Shown here: piece after piece, positions 29,557 through 39,064 of the stretch
Layout: each line of letters begins with the position of its first letter
Position numbering within the stretch: position 1 is the first letter of the stretch
Origin: Candidatus Poribacteria bacterium
Lineage (GTDB): Bacteria; Poribacteria; WGA-4E; WGA-3G
Assembly: GCA_965204285.1 (NCBI GenBank)
Contig: OZ241980.1
Location: 261,811 to 325,810 of the forward strand
Direction of reading: 5' to 3'
Length of the DNA: 64,000 bases
The notes under the pieces: model-generated
What the model was told of the DNA's origin: nothing
The model's database searches: none
Seen by the model: only the letters and a program-made list of their open reading frames with translations
Made by a program: the position numbers and the translations under genes

Positions 29557-29657
29557 GTCTTATTCCCTTCGTATAATAGTTTTTTGAACGATCTCGAAAA
29601 TCAGAAATTTGGTTTTAAAGTATACCTTATTATGCTAACAGAAAACAAACCAATCTG

Positions 29658-29694
29658 AATTGCGTTTGCAATTATGAGGCATGCATGGTATAAT
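29658..29694 (+). promoter_or_regulatory. putative sigma-70 promoter: -35 TTGCAA, 17 bp, -10 TATAAT, overlapping the palindrome AATTGCgtttGCAATT
   Basis: It sits directly upstream of 29702. It uses the same AATTGC/GCAATT half-sites as the 83-bp elements. Confidence 0.45.
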
Positions 29695-29701
29695 ATAGCA
29701 C

Positions 29702-30508
29702 ATGACATTTATGTTGGACGAAGTGCCCAATAAAGAGGTATCCATAACAGAAGCGGGAGAGTCAGTTCTAACATTTTGCTATGGTGAATCGGTATCGCGT
29801 TCATATTTTCATCCGATTTATGCACCGAATGGGCAAGTTGTAACAGAAGGCACAACGGAAACTGAAAAACGACATTCCCCAGGCATCTGTTTCACACATG
29901 GTACAGCAAAAGATGATAGTGGAAAGCCTATTAAACTGAATCGAAGTGGTCCAACACTTGATGGAGAAACATTAAAATCTTCTGAAACTGAAGAATTAGC
30001 CAAAGTTGTTAGTAAAATAACTTGGAAATCCTCTAATTCCATGTTGATAGAGGTGTGTAAAGTTAAAGTCTATCCACTTCAAAATGGCGTTCGGATACTT
30101 GACCTGAAAGTAATTTTACATACAGCATCTAACCCAATAACATTTGAAGGTGAAATTGGATTAGGTTACCATGCCGTTGAGATGGAGCATAGGAAAGCAG
30201 CAAACGCAAATGGAAAAATTGGCGAATCCGAAGTAAATGGGCAGGAATCGGAGTGGGCAACGTTGTGTGGTATCGCTGGTGATGATGCCGTTGGCGTGGC
30301 AATCTTACCACGCCCTGAAAACGGACAAACAGTCTTTCTCGCTGAGGATGCATATCAAGGATTTTTATTTGCTCAAACAGCACCGTTTACGCTAAATGTC
30401 AATGAAAAGCGACAATTAAATTATCGCGTGCTTATCTATCTCGGAGACTTGTTTACCTTTGACGTGTGGGATTACTACGAAAAATATATTGATAGTAAGA
30501 ACGGTTAA
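29702..30508 (+). CDS. hypothetical protein, possibly DUF6807/PmoA-like
   Basis: It is a 268-aa ORF with a good promoter upstream. The family assignment is tentative. Confidence 0.35.
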   Translation: MTFMLDEVPNKEVSITEAGESVLTFCYGESVSRSYFHPIYAPNGQVVTEGTTETEKRHSPGICFTHGTAKDDSGKPIKLNRSGPTLDGETLKSSETEELAKVVSKITWKSSNSMLIEVCKVKVYPLQNGVRILDLKVILHTASNPITFEGEIGLGYHAVEMEHRKAANANGKIGESEVNGQESEWATLCGIAGDDAVGVAILPRPENGQTVFLAEDAYQGFLFAQTAPFTLNVNEKRQLNYRVLIYLGDLFTFDVWDYYEKYIDSKNG

Positions 30509-30547
30509 ATTTTAGAAATACGTCTCTGCCAAATATTCTGAAAATTC

Positions 30548-31948
30548 ATGAAAGATAAATCATCTCTCCCCATCTACAATTCCCATCCACCATTACGACT
30601 GTCTGATATAAGTGTCCGTCCTACAAGTGTCAATGGACAACCAACGCGCAATGTCTATATTGAGACTTATGGGTGTCAGATGAACGTCAGCGATAGTGAA
30701 CTGATGGCAGGTATCTTGACGCAATCAGGGCATCAAACTGTTTCCGACATTGATGATGCCGATGTAATTTTGCTGAATACCTGTGCAATACGGGAGAACG
30801 CTGAAACGAAGGTTATCAATCGACTTGAGCATTTGAATCATCGGAAACGACGAGAAGGTAATCTAATTATTGGCGTTTGCGGATGTATGGCACAACATTT
30901 ACGCGACAAACTTTTGAAAGCAGCCCCGTATGTTGACCTTGTGATGGGACCTGATGCCTATCGGAATCTACCGATGGCACTCAATGCTGTAGCGAGCGGC
31001 GATCCTTTTCTCGGTTTACAGTTGGATAAAAGTGAAGACTATGCTGACATTGCACCTATTCGTAAAGAAGGAATTCGGGCATGGCTCACTATTCAGCGCG
31101 GATGCGATAAGATGTGCACCTTCTGTATCGTACCGTTTGTGCGAGGTAGAGAACGGAGTATACCACTGAAAAACCTTACGGATGATGTCCAAAGACTTGT
31201 CAATGAAGGATTCAAAGAGATTGTTCTACTCGGACAAACAGTGAACTCTTATCACGATGGTAGTCACGATTTTGGTGAACTCCTATGGTCAATTGCTGAA
31301 GTTGAGGGCGTGGAACGGGTGCGATTCACTTCGCCTCACCCCGCAGATGCAACCGATAGCATGATTGGTGCGATGGAAAATTGCCCGCAGGTATGTAAAC
31401 AACTTCATCTTCCTTTACAATCTGGGTCAACACAGGTATTAGAACGGATGCGGCGCACCTATACAGCGGAAGAATATCAAGAACTGATTTCAAAACTCAG
31501 AGAACGTATCCCTAATATAGCACTTTCAACGGATATTATTGTCGGTTTTTGTGGAGAAACTGATGAAGATTTTATGCAAACCTATCAACTGATGGCAGAT
31601 ATCCGCTTCGATTCAGCATTTATGTTTAAGTATTCTGATAGAGAAGGGACGTTAGCAAATAAGTCATTGGAGGATGACGTTCCTGAAACCGAAAAGGCAA
31701 GACGACTCAACGAGATAATTGCATTGCAAGAAAAAATCTCTGCAGACATCAATCAAGCTGCGGTTGGAACAACTGCTTCTGTATTAGTTGAGGGAGATAG
31801 TCGCCGAGACACAGAACAATATCACGGTAAGACAGATACATTCAAAACAACAGTTTTTCCAAAGGAAGATGCTCAAGTCGGTGATATTGTGAATGTTGAA
31901 ATCCATTCTGCTACAGCACATACATTGATAGGAGAAATTGCCAGATAA
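30548..31948 (+). CDS. miaB: tRNA-i6A37 methylthiotransferase MiaB (radical SAM MTTase)
   Basis: ETYGCQMN MTTase N-domain, a CDKMCTFC radical-SAM cluster, and a C-terminal TRAM-like region. Confidence 0.7.
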   Translation: MKDKSSLPIYNSHPPLRLSDISVRPTSVNGQPTRNVYIETYGCQMNVSDSELMAGILTQSGHQTVSDIDDADVILLNTCAIRENAETKVINRLEHLNHRKRREGNLIIGVCGCMAQHLRDKLLKAAPYVDLVMGPDAYRNLPMALNAVASGDPFLGLQLDKSEDYADIAPIRKEGIRAWLTIQRGCDKMCTFCIVPFVRGRERSIPLKNLTDDVQRLVNEGFKEIVLLGQTVNSYHDGSHDFGELLWSIAEVEGVERVRFTSPHPADATDSMIGAMENCPQVCKQLHLPLQSGSTQVLERMRRTYTAEEYQELISKLRERIPNIALSTDIIVGFCGETDEDFMQTYQLMADIRFDSAFMFKYSDREGTLANKSLEDDVPETEKARRLNEIIALQEKISADINQAAVGTTASVLVEGDSRRDTEQYHGKTDTFKTTVFPKEDAQVGDIVNVEIHSATAHTLIGEIAR

Positions 31949-32035
31949 CAAAGTTATTTGGTTAATAGTTTCGGTTTTTTGTAAAGCATTTTTGCACATC
32001 AGCATATTTTTCTACGAAAACCAATCTCTTGAATT

Positions 32036-32824
32036 ATGCAAAAAGTTAAAATAAAAAATAAATTAGAAATAGAAAAAATGAGGCATAGCGGGCAAGCCGC
32101 AGCACAGGTTTTGCAGGCGATTGCAGAGACGATTCAGCCGGGGATAACGACTTATGAATTAGAAATGGTTTCCCGCAAAACGATTGCTAATCTGAATGCT
32201 ACATCATCATTTTTGAACTACGTAATTCCAGACCACAGTCCTTATCCCGCCACGATCTGTGTCTCTGTCAATAACAAAGTCATTCACGGTATCCCAAATA
32301 AATCCGAGGAACTCATGGAGGGGGACATTATCGGTGTGGACACCGCTGTGAGTATTGACGGCTATCACGGGGATAACGCCTTTACATTTCCGGTAGGAAA
32401 AATCTCACCCGATATACAAAAGTTGCTTGATGTGACGAAAGCCTCGCTGTATGCTGCAATAGCGGAAGCGAAACCAGGGAACCGTATGGGCGATGTCTCT
32501 TTCCAATTACAAAACGTTGCTGAAAAGGCAGGGTTCTCCGTAATTGAAAATTTTTCTGGGCACGGTATCGGTAGACACTTGCATGAAGAACCGCAAGTGC
32601 TTACAACTGGCAAGCGGGGCCGTGGTGCCCGTTTGCGGCCAGGGATGGTGCTTGCCATTGAAGCGATGGTCAACGCAGGACGTTCAAGCGTAGATATTTT
32701 GGAAGATGGGTGGGGTGTTACTACATCGGATGGCAGTTTGTCTGCCTTTTTTGAGCATACGGTGGCTGTTCTTCCCGACGGTCCTGAGATTTTAACAGGG
32801 AGTCCAATATGGGAAAATCCGTAA
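32036..32824 (+). CDS. map: methionine aminopeptidase type I
   Basis: MetAP pita-bread blocks are present (GDIIGVD, HGIGRHLHEEP, EHTV). Confidence 0.75.
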   Translation: MQKVKIKNKLEIEKMRHSGQAAAQVLQAIAETIQPGITTYELEMVSRKTIANLNATSSFLNYVIPDHSPYPATICVSVNNKVIHGIPNKSEELMEGDIIGVDTAVSIDGYHGDNAFTFPVGKISPDIQKLLDVTKASLYAAIAEAKPGNRMGDVSFQLQNVAEKAGFSVIENFSGHGIGRHLHEEPQVLTTGKRGRGARLRPGMVLAIEAMVNAGRSSVDILEDGWGVTTSDGSLSAFFEHTVAVLPDGPEILTGSPIWENP

Positions 32825-33483
32825 AAATACTTACAGTTGCCACCGCAATCCTACTATTCATTGCCCTTTATCTTATCTTTGGATATGCACAAGTTGAAAA
32901 AACTATGTTGGAGGTACAAAAGATTTTCTACCTTCACGTCTCAGCTGCGATGACCGTTTATCTGGCATTCGGTGTAAACTTCATATTTAGCATCAAGTAT
33001 CTAATTAAACGCAAATCAAATGATGACCTACTGGCAGTATCCGCAGCTGAAATAGGTCTTGTTTTTTGTACGATTGTGCTGCTTTCAGGTCCAATTTGGG
33101 CAAAATATGCATGGAAAACTTGGTGGACTTGGGAAGCACGTCTCACAAGCACGCTTGTACTCTGGTTAATGTACGTCGGTTATTTTATACTCCGTTCTGC
33201 ATTAACTGAGGACAAACGAAAGATCTATTCCGCAGTACTTGGCATTATTGCTTTTTTTGATGTGCCGATTGTCCATTTTGCAACAAAACTTTGGGAAACC
33301 AAAATGCATCCAGAACGGGGTTCAAAATTTGACCTGCTTCCAACAATGTTGAATACATGGATGATAGTGTTAGCGACATTCGTCATTTTATTTTTTGTAT
33401 TATTGATCCTACAATATCAGACAAAAAAGACTGAGTCTCGCTACGAAGTAATTAGACGAAAACACCTACAGGAGCTCATCTAA
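32809..33483 (+). CDS. ccmC: heme exporter protein CcmC-like
   Basis: Polytopic membrane protein with a Trp-rich WKTWWTWEARLTS motif (WWD domain), about 224 aa. Confidence 0.55.
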   Translation: MGKSVKILTVATAILLFIALYLIFGYAQVEKTMLEVQKIFYLHVSAAMTVYLAFGVNFIFSIKYLIKRKSNDDLLAVSAAEIGLVFCTIVLLSGPIWAKYAWKTWWTWEARLTSTLVLWLMYVGYFILRSALTEDKRKIYSAVLGIIAFFDVPIVHFATKLWETKMHPERGSKFDLLPTMLNTWMIVLATFVILFFVLLILQYQTKKTESRYEVIRRKHLQELI

Positions 33484-33839
33484 TGCGAATTGTTATTGTC
33501 CTCAGCTGTTTAATTGTAATCGGTTTTTTGTTTTCAGCAATTCAAGTTCCAATTATAGATATTGCAAAGGTTGAAGAGGCAATTAATGATGTAAAATCTA
33601 TATCACAAGTAAACATTGCGGATGAAGATACACTAAAGAAAACTGTTAATCTTATAGTTAAGGAATTGGAGTCAGACCAACGCACACGCCTTAAATACCT
33701 TGTCTCCGCCTATCTCATTATTTGGTTGGTTTTTATGCTTTATCTGTTGCGATTGGGGAGGCAGCAGCAAGCATTAGATCAACGTCTTGCGCAACTGGAA
33801 AACGAAACATCTGATAATGAAAACATGCCTATAGATTGA
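33483..33839 (+). CDS. small membrane protein, possibly CcmD-like with an N-terminal extension
   Basis: TAATG overlap with ccmC. The C-terminal TM segment plus LRLGRQQQALDQRLAQLE tail resembles CcmD. Confidence 0.3.
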   Translation: MRIVIVLSCLIVIGFLFSAIQVPIIDIAKVEEAINDVKSISQVNIADEDTLKKTVNLIVKELESDQRTRLKYLVSAYLIIWLVFMLYLLRLGRQQQALDQRLAQLENETSDNENMPID

Positions 33840-33941
33840 ACATATTTGATCTATGTTATTAATTGTCAATATCACTTGGAAACGCGAGATTGCATATTTA
33901 ACGGGCGTTAAATATGCTGGTGTTGTGCCGTTGTAAAGTCA

Positions 33942-34706
33942 CTACTGCTCGCTGTCAGGAATATCTTCCCAATTGTGCTCGGGTGAATATCCCAATTCCC
34001 TTTCTCCCTGTTTCCAATCATAACGCGAGTCTACACGTCCTGCAACTGCGTTATATGCGCCATAAGCCACGTTTTTCGTTTCAATAGCGCGTTCAACACA
34101 CTGTGCAACATCCCTTGGATCAACATAGACAAACCACGGATCGGTTACGGCTTCAGGGACTGAAGGACCGGGATTAAGCCCATCCCCTGCAATCACACCC
34201 GGACGGACATGAATCACCTCCAAACCGTGTGCCTGATGATACGCCAAGCCAATCTGTTCACCGAGATGTTTTGCCAAGGCATAATAAAGGTCACCAGCAC
34301 CGAACTGAAACGCATCATCTACCTGATATGGCAATTTTGTTCCAGGAGCAGGAGGACATGCAGAAATACTGGAAATGTTTATCAATTTTTGCACGCTCTG
34401 CCGCACACATGCTTCCGCAACGTTCCAAGTACCTTTTACCATCACATCAGCAAATAATGGGTGAGGTTTACCGTGCCGTTCCCGCACCAATGCAACAAGA
34501 TGAACAACAGCATCTTGCCCCGCACATGCTGCTTCAATCTCAGATGCTTTTGTTATATCTGCTTTGATAAATGTTGTCCCATCCAAATCGCCTTTCGGTT
34601 CAACAATATCAGTTAGTGTCAATTGATATTTAGTGTGTAACCGCTCAATGATAAATTGGGCGAGATATCCAGCAGCACCGGTAATCAGTATCTTTTCAAT
34701 TGCCAT
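33942..34706 (-). CDS. NAD-dependent epimerase/dehydratase (extended SDR)
   Basis: ITGAAGYLA Rossmann motif and YALAK catalytic motif. Confidence 0.6.
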   Translation of the reverse strand: MAIEKILITGAAGYLAQFIIERLHTKYQLTLTDIVEPKGDLDGTTFIKADITKASEIEAACAGQDAVVHLVALVRERHGKPHPLFADVMVKGTWNVAEACVRQSVQKLINISSISACPPAPGTKLPYQVDDAFQFGAGDLYYALAKHLGEQIGLAYHQAHGLEVIHVRPGVIAGDGLNPGPSVPEAVTDPWFVYVDPRDVAQCVERAIETKNVAYGAYNAVAGRVDSRYDWKQGERELGYSPEHNWEDIPDSEQ

Positions 34707-34715
34707 CAGTTTTAA

Positions 34716-35012
34716 CTATCTGTTTGTAAACGGCACGTCAGAATAGAGGGCATCGTTGTAACCGACAAAAAAGACGTTCCCTGTTTTAACTGTCGGTGCA
34801 CGCAGACTACCACTACGCCCTAAAACCGCTTTCAAGATTGCATCACGGTGATCTTCATCAGGTACGAAGGTTACTACGCTTTTGCCTTTCGCGACAACTA
34901 TCTGTTCTGCGGAACCCATTAAATCCCATACAGCATCTGCTTCTAACTTCTCTTTACGAGCATCAGTTTTGTCTTCTACTTGTAAGTTGTTTGTGTCAAG
35001 AACCTCTTGCAC
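34716..35012 (-). CDS. ArsC/Spx-family-like thioredoxin-fold protein lacking the usual N-terminal Cys; GTG start
   Basis: The C-terminal LRAPTVKTGNVFFVGYNDALY resembles the ArsC family. An in-frame TGA lies 6 codons upstream of the GTG. Confidence 0.25.
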   Translation of the reverse strand: MQEVLDTNNLQVEDKTDARKEKLEADAVWDLMGSAEQIVVAKGKSVVTFVPDEDHRDAILKAVLGRSGSLRAPTVKTGNVFFVGYNDALYSDVPFTNR

Positions 35013-35059
35013 TTTTTTGCATGAGTTTCAGCTATTACGGAAATACATCCAATCTATCA

Positions 35060-36094
35060 TCATAATTCCTCCACTTGAATAAATTTACCTGTATCGCGAC
35101 TTTGAATTGCCGCGTCAATTAATGTGAGCGTCTCAAGTGCGTCACCAAAAGTGGAACGGATCAGTGTTCTGTCCCCTGTTTCAATAGCACGTAGCCACGC
35201 TCCAGTTTTATCTAAACCTAAACTATTTTGCGAAGTAGCAGGTTCATTTATTGTTTCACCATTAAGATAACCACTAATTGCGTTCTTCCCCATATTCGCC
35301 TGCAAGCGCAAGTGCGGACCTACAACCTCAACATCAAAACAAAACCCCTCGGTGCCGCAGTGATTCATGTGCGTTCCAAAAACACCATTGTCCAATTCAT
35401 AAGTCATCTGGATCGCATTTTCAGCATCAAATTCGGTTCGTTCTAATGCCATGTTTTTGACTGCCAATGCGTGTGCTTGTATAGGTTTTGGATCTCCCAT
35501 AACAAATCGCGCACAATCCAATACATGCACGGCTTGTTCTGCTAAGGGGCCGCCACTAATCTCAGACTGTAGAAACCAATCTTGCATTTGAAAATCGAGA
35601 TAATAATTAACTGTGCATACTGTTCTAACCAGATGGACTGTCTCCGAAGCAATTAACGCTTTCAATTGTTCATAGAGCGAGTGGTACCGAAGTTGAAATC
35701 CAACAGCTGCCATCACATCCGCCTCCTCAATGCATTCCAGACATTTTCGTCCATCACTTATATTGAGGGCAGGCGGTTTTTCAACCATCAGTGCAGTGCC
35801 ATGTTCACACGCCATCTGGATAGGTTCTAAACGAACAGGGGGTGGCGTTGTAATCACCACCCCGTCCATTTCTATATTAAAAAAATCATCCAACACATCG
35901 GTAGCAAGTTCAGCACTGGCAAGTGTTGCGAGTGTTTGCGCAGCTTCAAGCTGCACATCGTGGACAGCAACCACACGTGCACCATAATTAGTTATTGCAC
36001 TGTGGTGATGTTTGCCCATCCTGCCAGCACCAATAATGCCGATGGATAAGGGATTAACACCGTGATTTGTGATTGAGGTAGATTTTTGATGCAT
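35060..36094 (-). CDS. Gfo/Idh/MocA family oxidoreductase
   Basis: N-terminal GIIGAGRMG Rossmann motif with a C-terminal alpha/beta domain. Confidence 0.7.
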   Translation of the reverse strand: MHQKSTSITNHGVNPLSIGIIGAGRMGKHHHSAITNYGARVVAVHDVQLEAAQTLATLASAELATDVLDDFFNIEMDGVVITTPPPVRLEPIQMACEHGTALMVEKPPALNISDGRKCLECIEEADVMAAVGFQLRYHSLYEQLKALIASETVHLVRTVCTVNYYLDFQMQDWFLQSEISGGPLAEQAVHVLDCARFVMGDPKPIQAHALAVKNMALERTEFDAENAIQMTYELDNGVFGTHMNHCGTEGFCFDVEVVGPHLRLQANMGKNAISGYLNGETINEPATSQNSLGLDKTGAWLRAIETGDRTLIRSTFGDALETLTLIDAAIQSRDTGKFIQVEEL

Positions 36095-36096
36095 TG

Positions 36097-36819
36097 TTAT
36101 TTCTCAGTTTTAACTTGTGCCCAGGTTGTCGTTAGTTTACCAGTTGGTTCAACTGCCATCGGATCATTGCCACCATAAATCTCGATTTCATCAATACGCG
36201 CACCACCAGTGGCGCGAATGTGAATGCGTAACCAGCGTGCTTCTACATCGTCAAAAGTTATCTCAGTCGTTTTGCTTATTGGCTCACCTTTGTGGGTATA
36301 AACTTTTTTCCATGTGTTTGCTTCGGAGTTCGCATCCGCCTTAGTTGTCGCAACAAGGATATCAAAGTCTGACGATGGCCGGTCAAGGAAACTTTGCGAA
36401 TGGTCACTACCGAAAAAGATGCGGTTAACATTCGCAACTGCACCGATGTCAATTTGTGCCCAGCCGGGGACCGCTCCGATTATCCAACTACGACAGTTGT
36501 TGTAGAAACCATCATTCAGGTATTCGGTACAATGCCGCTGAGGACACCACCCTCCTAATAGAGAAGAAGCCTCTGGTTTAGCATCTTTCAGTAATGCCAA
36601 ATTCGGTTGTTTATCCCGAACTGTTGGGACAAACTCGGGACCCGCTCTACCGGCAGCATCACAAGCATCCGTTGCCGCTTTGATGTCTTGCTCCTTGAAT
36701 TCGTAAATTCCAAATTTTTCCGGTCCTTTATCTTCTTTATCTTCATCATGAAGTGCTAAAACAACAGGTGCTATTGACATAACTACCATCACGAGCAAAC
36801 AGAAAGTTGTAGGTCTCAT
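36097..36819 (-). CDS. secreted protein with a discoidin (F5/8 type C)-like carbohydrate-binding domain
   Basis: AAGGAGG RBS before the Met at 36819 and a signal peptide. The C-terminus ...VEARWLRIHIRATGGARIDEIEIYG is typical of F5/8-C. Confidence 0.5.
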   Translation of the reverse strand: MRPTTFCLLVMVVMSIAPVVLALHDEDKEDKGPEKFGIYEFKEQDIKAATDACDAAGRAGPEFVPTVRDKQPNLALLKDAKPEASSLLGGWCPQRHCTEYLNDGFYNNCRSWIIGAVPGWAQIDIGAVANVNRIFFGSDHSQSFLDRPSSDFDILVATTKADANSEANTWKKVYTHKGEPISKTTEITFDDVEARWLRIHIRATGGARIDEIEIYGGNDPMAVEPTGKLTTTWAQVKTEK

Positions 36820-36913
36820 TGGGAATTCCTCCTTTGGAACCAAAATATATTGGTTAGAAGTTGCAACAAAGGTTTAAAACAACTCAAGGAGAGTAATTCT
36901 ACTATTATTGTGG

Positions 36914-37993
36914 TTACTCAATCCGAGGTTGTCTTGCAGATGGATTTCTTTGTAAACGGATTTTAGAAACTTTCAGTGGAAGATCTATCCGTGCGCCGTT
37001 ATGTAGATGTGATTCAATGATGCCAAAAATTAGTTCAGTACTGGCATACGCGCACCGGACACCGCCTCGTGTCGGTTCACCGGTATCTAATGCGTTAACG
37101 AGGTCTTTAATCAAGTTTGCTGTGCTACTGGTACGTTCAAATGCAGGAAAAGTATCAGGCACTTTACACGCTCGCCATCCCGGTACATCTTGCTGTTTAC
37201 GGAGATGCCATTGCCAACCGTTGTTCCAGCAGGTAACGATTCCACCGTCACAAATTGCTTCCCATTCACTACTACGTGGGGTCAACAGTGCATGTGCTGT
37301 CACACCATTTTCAAATTGGATTGTTCCACCACCAGTCGGATCTACTTGTAGCACATCACCATCAAAAACTGAGTCCCCTTGCGGGAGATAACCGGAAACC
37401 CAACTTGCAGGTGCATCACTATTCAGGCGTAAAATCAGATCAAGATTATGGCTTGCAGTGTTGAAAAGTGTTCCGTTGGAATAGATAATCAGTGTTCGCA
37501 ATTTGCCGATTTCACCGCTATCAATAATTTCTTTCATCTTATCAAAGCCTGTATGCCATCGGCGATTTGTGCCGAGGTTAAAGGCGACACCGTTTTTCTC
37601 AACCGAAGAAACCATCGCAGCTGCTTCGTCCATAGAAGCCGCCATCGCTTTTTCTGCATAGATTGCTTTTACACCGTGTTCAGCTGCGTAAATGACAATT
37701 TCCGCGCGATGTTCAGGTTGTGTGGCAACACTAACAATATCCGGTTGCTCTTTTTCAAGCATCTCACGATAATCAGTGTAATGATTTGCTTTCGGAACAT
37801 TATAACGGTTTCCGAAATGCTCCATTATTTCCGGGCGTAGATCAGCACATGCGATAAGGTTAGTTCGTTCCTCGGCAAAAAACCCTGCAGCGTGGGAATA
37901 GGGTAACTTAATCGCTTCGTAATCGGGAACTTCGTTGTCAATAAATGCCCCCATTCGGCTGCAACCGATTACAGCAGCACGATACGTTTTCAT
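36914..37993 (-). CDS. Gfo/Idh/MocA family oxidoreductase
   Basis: AVIGCSRMG N-terminus. Confidence 0.7.
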   Translation of the reverse strand: MKTYRAAVIGCSRMGAFIDNEVPDYEAIKLPYSHAAGFFAEERTNLIACADLRPEIMEHFGNRYNVPKANHYTDYREMLEKEQPDIVSVATQPEHRAEIVIYAAEHGVKAIYAEKAMAASMDEAAAMVSSVEKNGVAFNLGTNRRWHTGFDKMKEIIDSGEIGKLRTLIIYSNGTLFNTASHNLDLILRLNSDAPASWVSGYLPQGDSVFDGDVLQVDPTGGGTIQFENGVTAHALLTPRSSEWEAICDGGIVTCWNNGWQWHLRKQQDVPGWRACKVPDTFPAFERTSSTANLIKDLVNALDTGEPTRGGVRCAYASTELIFGIIESHLHNGARIDLPLKVSKIRLQRNPSARQPRIE

Positions 37994-38044
37994 AGCAACC
38001 TCCCCAATTCTTGATAAATATGAATAGAACCCGTAGAATTAAGA

Positions 38045-39034
38045 TTATTCAACGAAAAATTTGTTAGCAACTTCAGTTACAAAATTCTTTCCCATCACCC
38101 GGTAACCTTCTGCATCAGGATGCAGATTATCAGGGAGTAAATCCACAAAATCTGAACCGAATACGTCTAAACCGCTGATGTAATGTATATTTTCGTCGCC
38201 ATAAGTTTTAAGTGCTTCGGCAGCTGCCTGCACCTCTTCACGCATTTTCTGTAGATTGAAACCGACAGCGTTTGGATTTTCCTCTCTGTTTGGACAATAG
38301 ATAGGTGACATCAAGACGATAGGTATTTCTGTGTGTTTTTCACGAATAATCTGCACAGCACCGATAATCGCTGGACGAAACGCACGGGGTCCCAAACTGG
38401 ATGCACCCTGTATGTTAATTCCAAGACACATTGAGATATAATTCGCAGGCAGGTCCCGAATCATTCGCGCAACCATAGAATCGAGGTGACATTGTCCACC
38501 GTAACCGAGACAGGTTAAGTTAAAATTCCGATCCCGCGCAGCAATGCCGGGCCATGTCTGTGTGGGTGATGCTGCTGAACGACACTGTGTAATAGAACTT
38601 CCATAAGTAATCCACCGTGGACGTTTGTCAATAAAAGGTTCTAATGTAGCACCTTCTTCTATGTCTAAATTGCGAAGTTGAAACCGACCGAATTGTGGTA
38701 GCCAGAGTTCAATTAATTTATCCTGATCTGACAGGTTTTCAAAGACGAAACTGTTTTTCCCTTTCAGATCAAACGATGCAATGAACTCGCCATCGCAACA
38801 CAGATCAAGCATACCGGATTCGCGTTGTTCAACGATATTGCCCGAAATCCGTGTAGTGTTACTCCGAAAACTGATACGAACCCCCGCAGGCATTGCTGAA
38901 CGTTCTAATAACGGTTCTGGAAACAGTACGTGCATCTCGTGAGGTGTCCGCCACGGCATAAGTGAATCGTCTCTGTTTTCAAGGGACACAACACCTTGCC
39001 AATTCAGATGTGGCGAGTTAGGTTTCAAATGCAT
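38045..39034 (-). CDS. SGNH/GDSL hydrolase with an N-terminal beta-sandwich domain
   Basis: Block I ITYGSSIT (catalytic Ser) and block V DNLHPDAEGY (D-x-x-H). Confidence 0.55.
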   Translation of the reverse strand: MHLKPNSPHLNWQGVVSLENRDDSLMPWRTPHEMHVLFPEPLLERSAMPAGVRISFRSNTTRISGNIVEQRESGMLDLCCDGEFIASFDLKGKNSFVFENLSDQDKLIELWLPQFGRFQLRNLDIEEGATLEPFIDKRPRWITYGSSITQCRSAASPTQTWPGIAARDRNFNLTCLGYGGQCHLDSMVARMIRDLPANYISMCLGINIQGASSLGPRAFRPAIIGAVQIIREKHTEIPIVLMSPIYCPNREENPNAVGFNLQKMREEVQAAAEALKTYGDENIHYISGLDVFGSDFVDLLPDNLHPDAEGYRVMGKNFVTEVANKFFVE

Positions 39035-39064
39035 TATAATATATCTCCTTACTTTTAGAATGGG

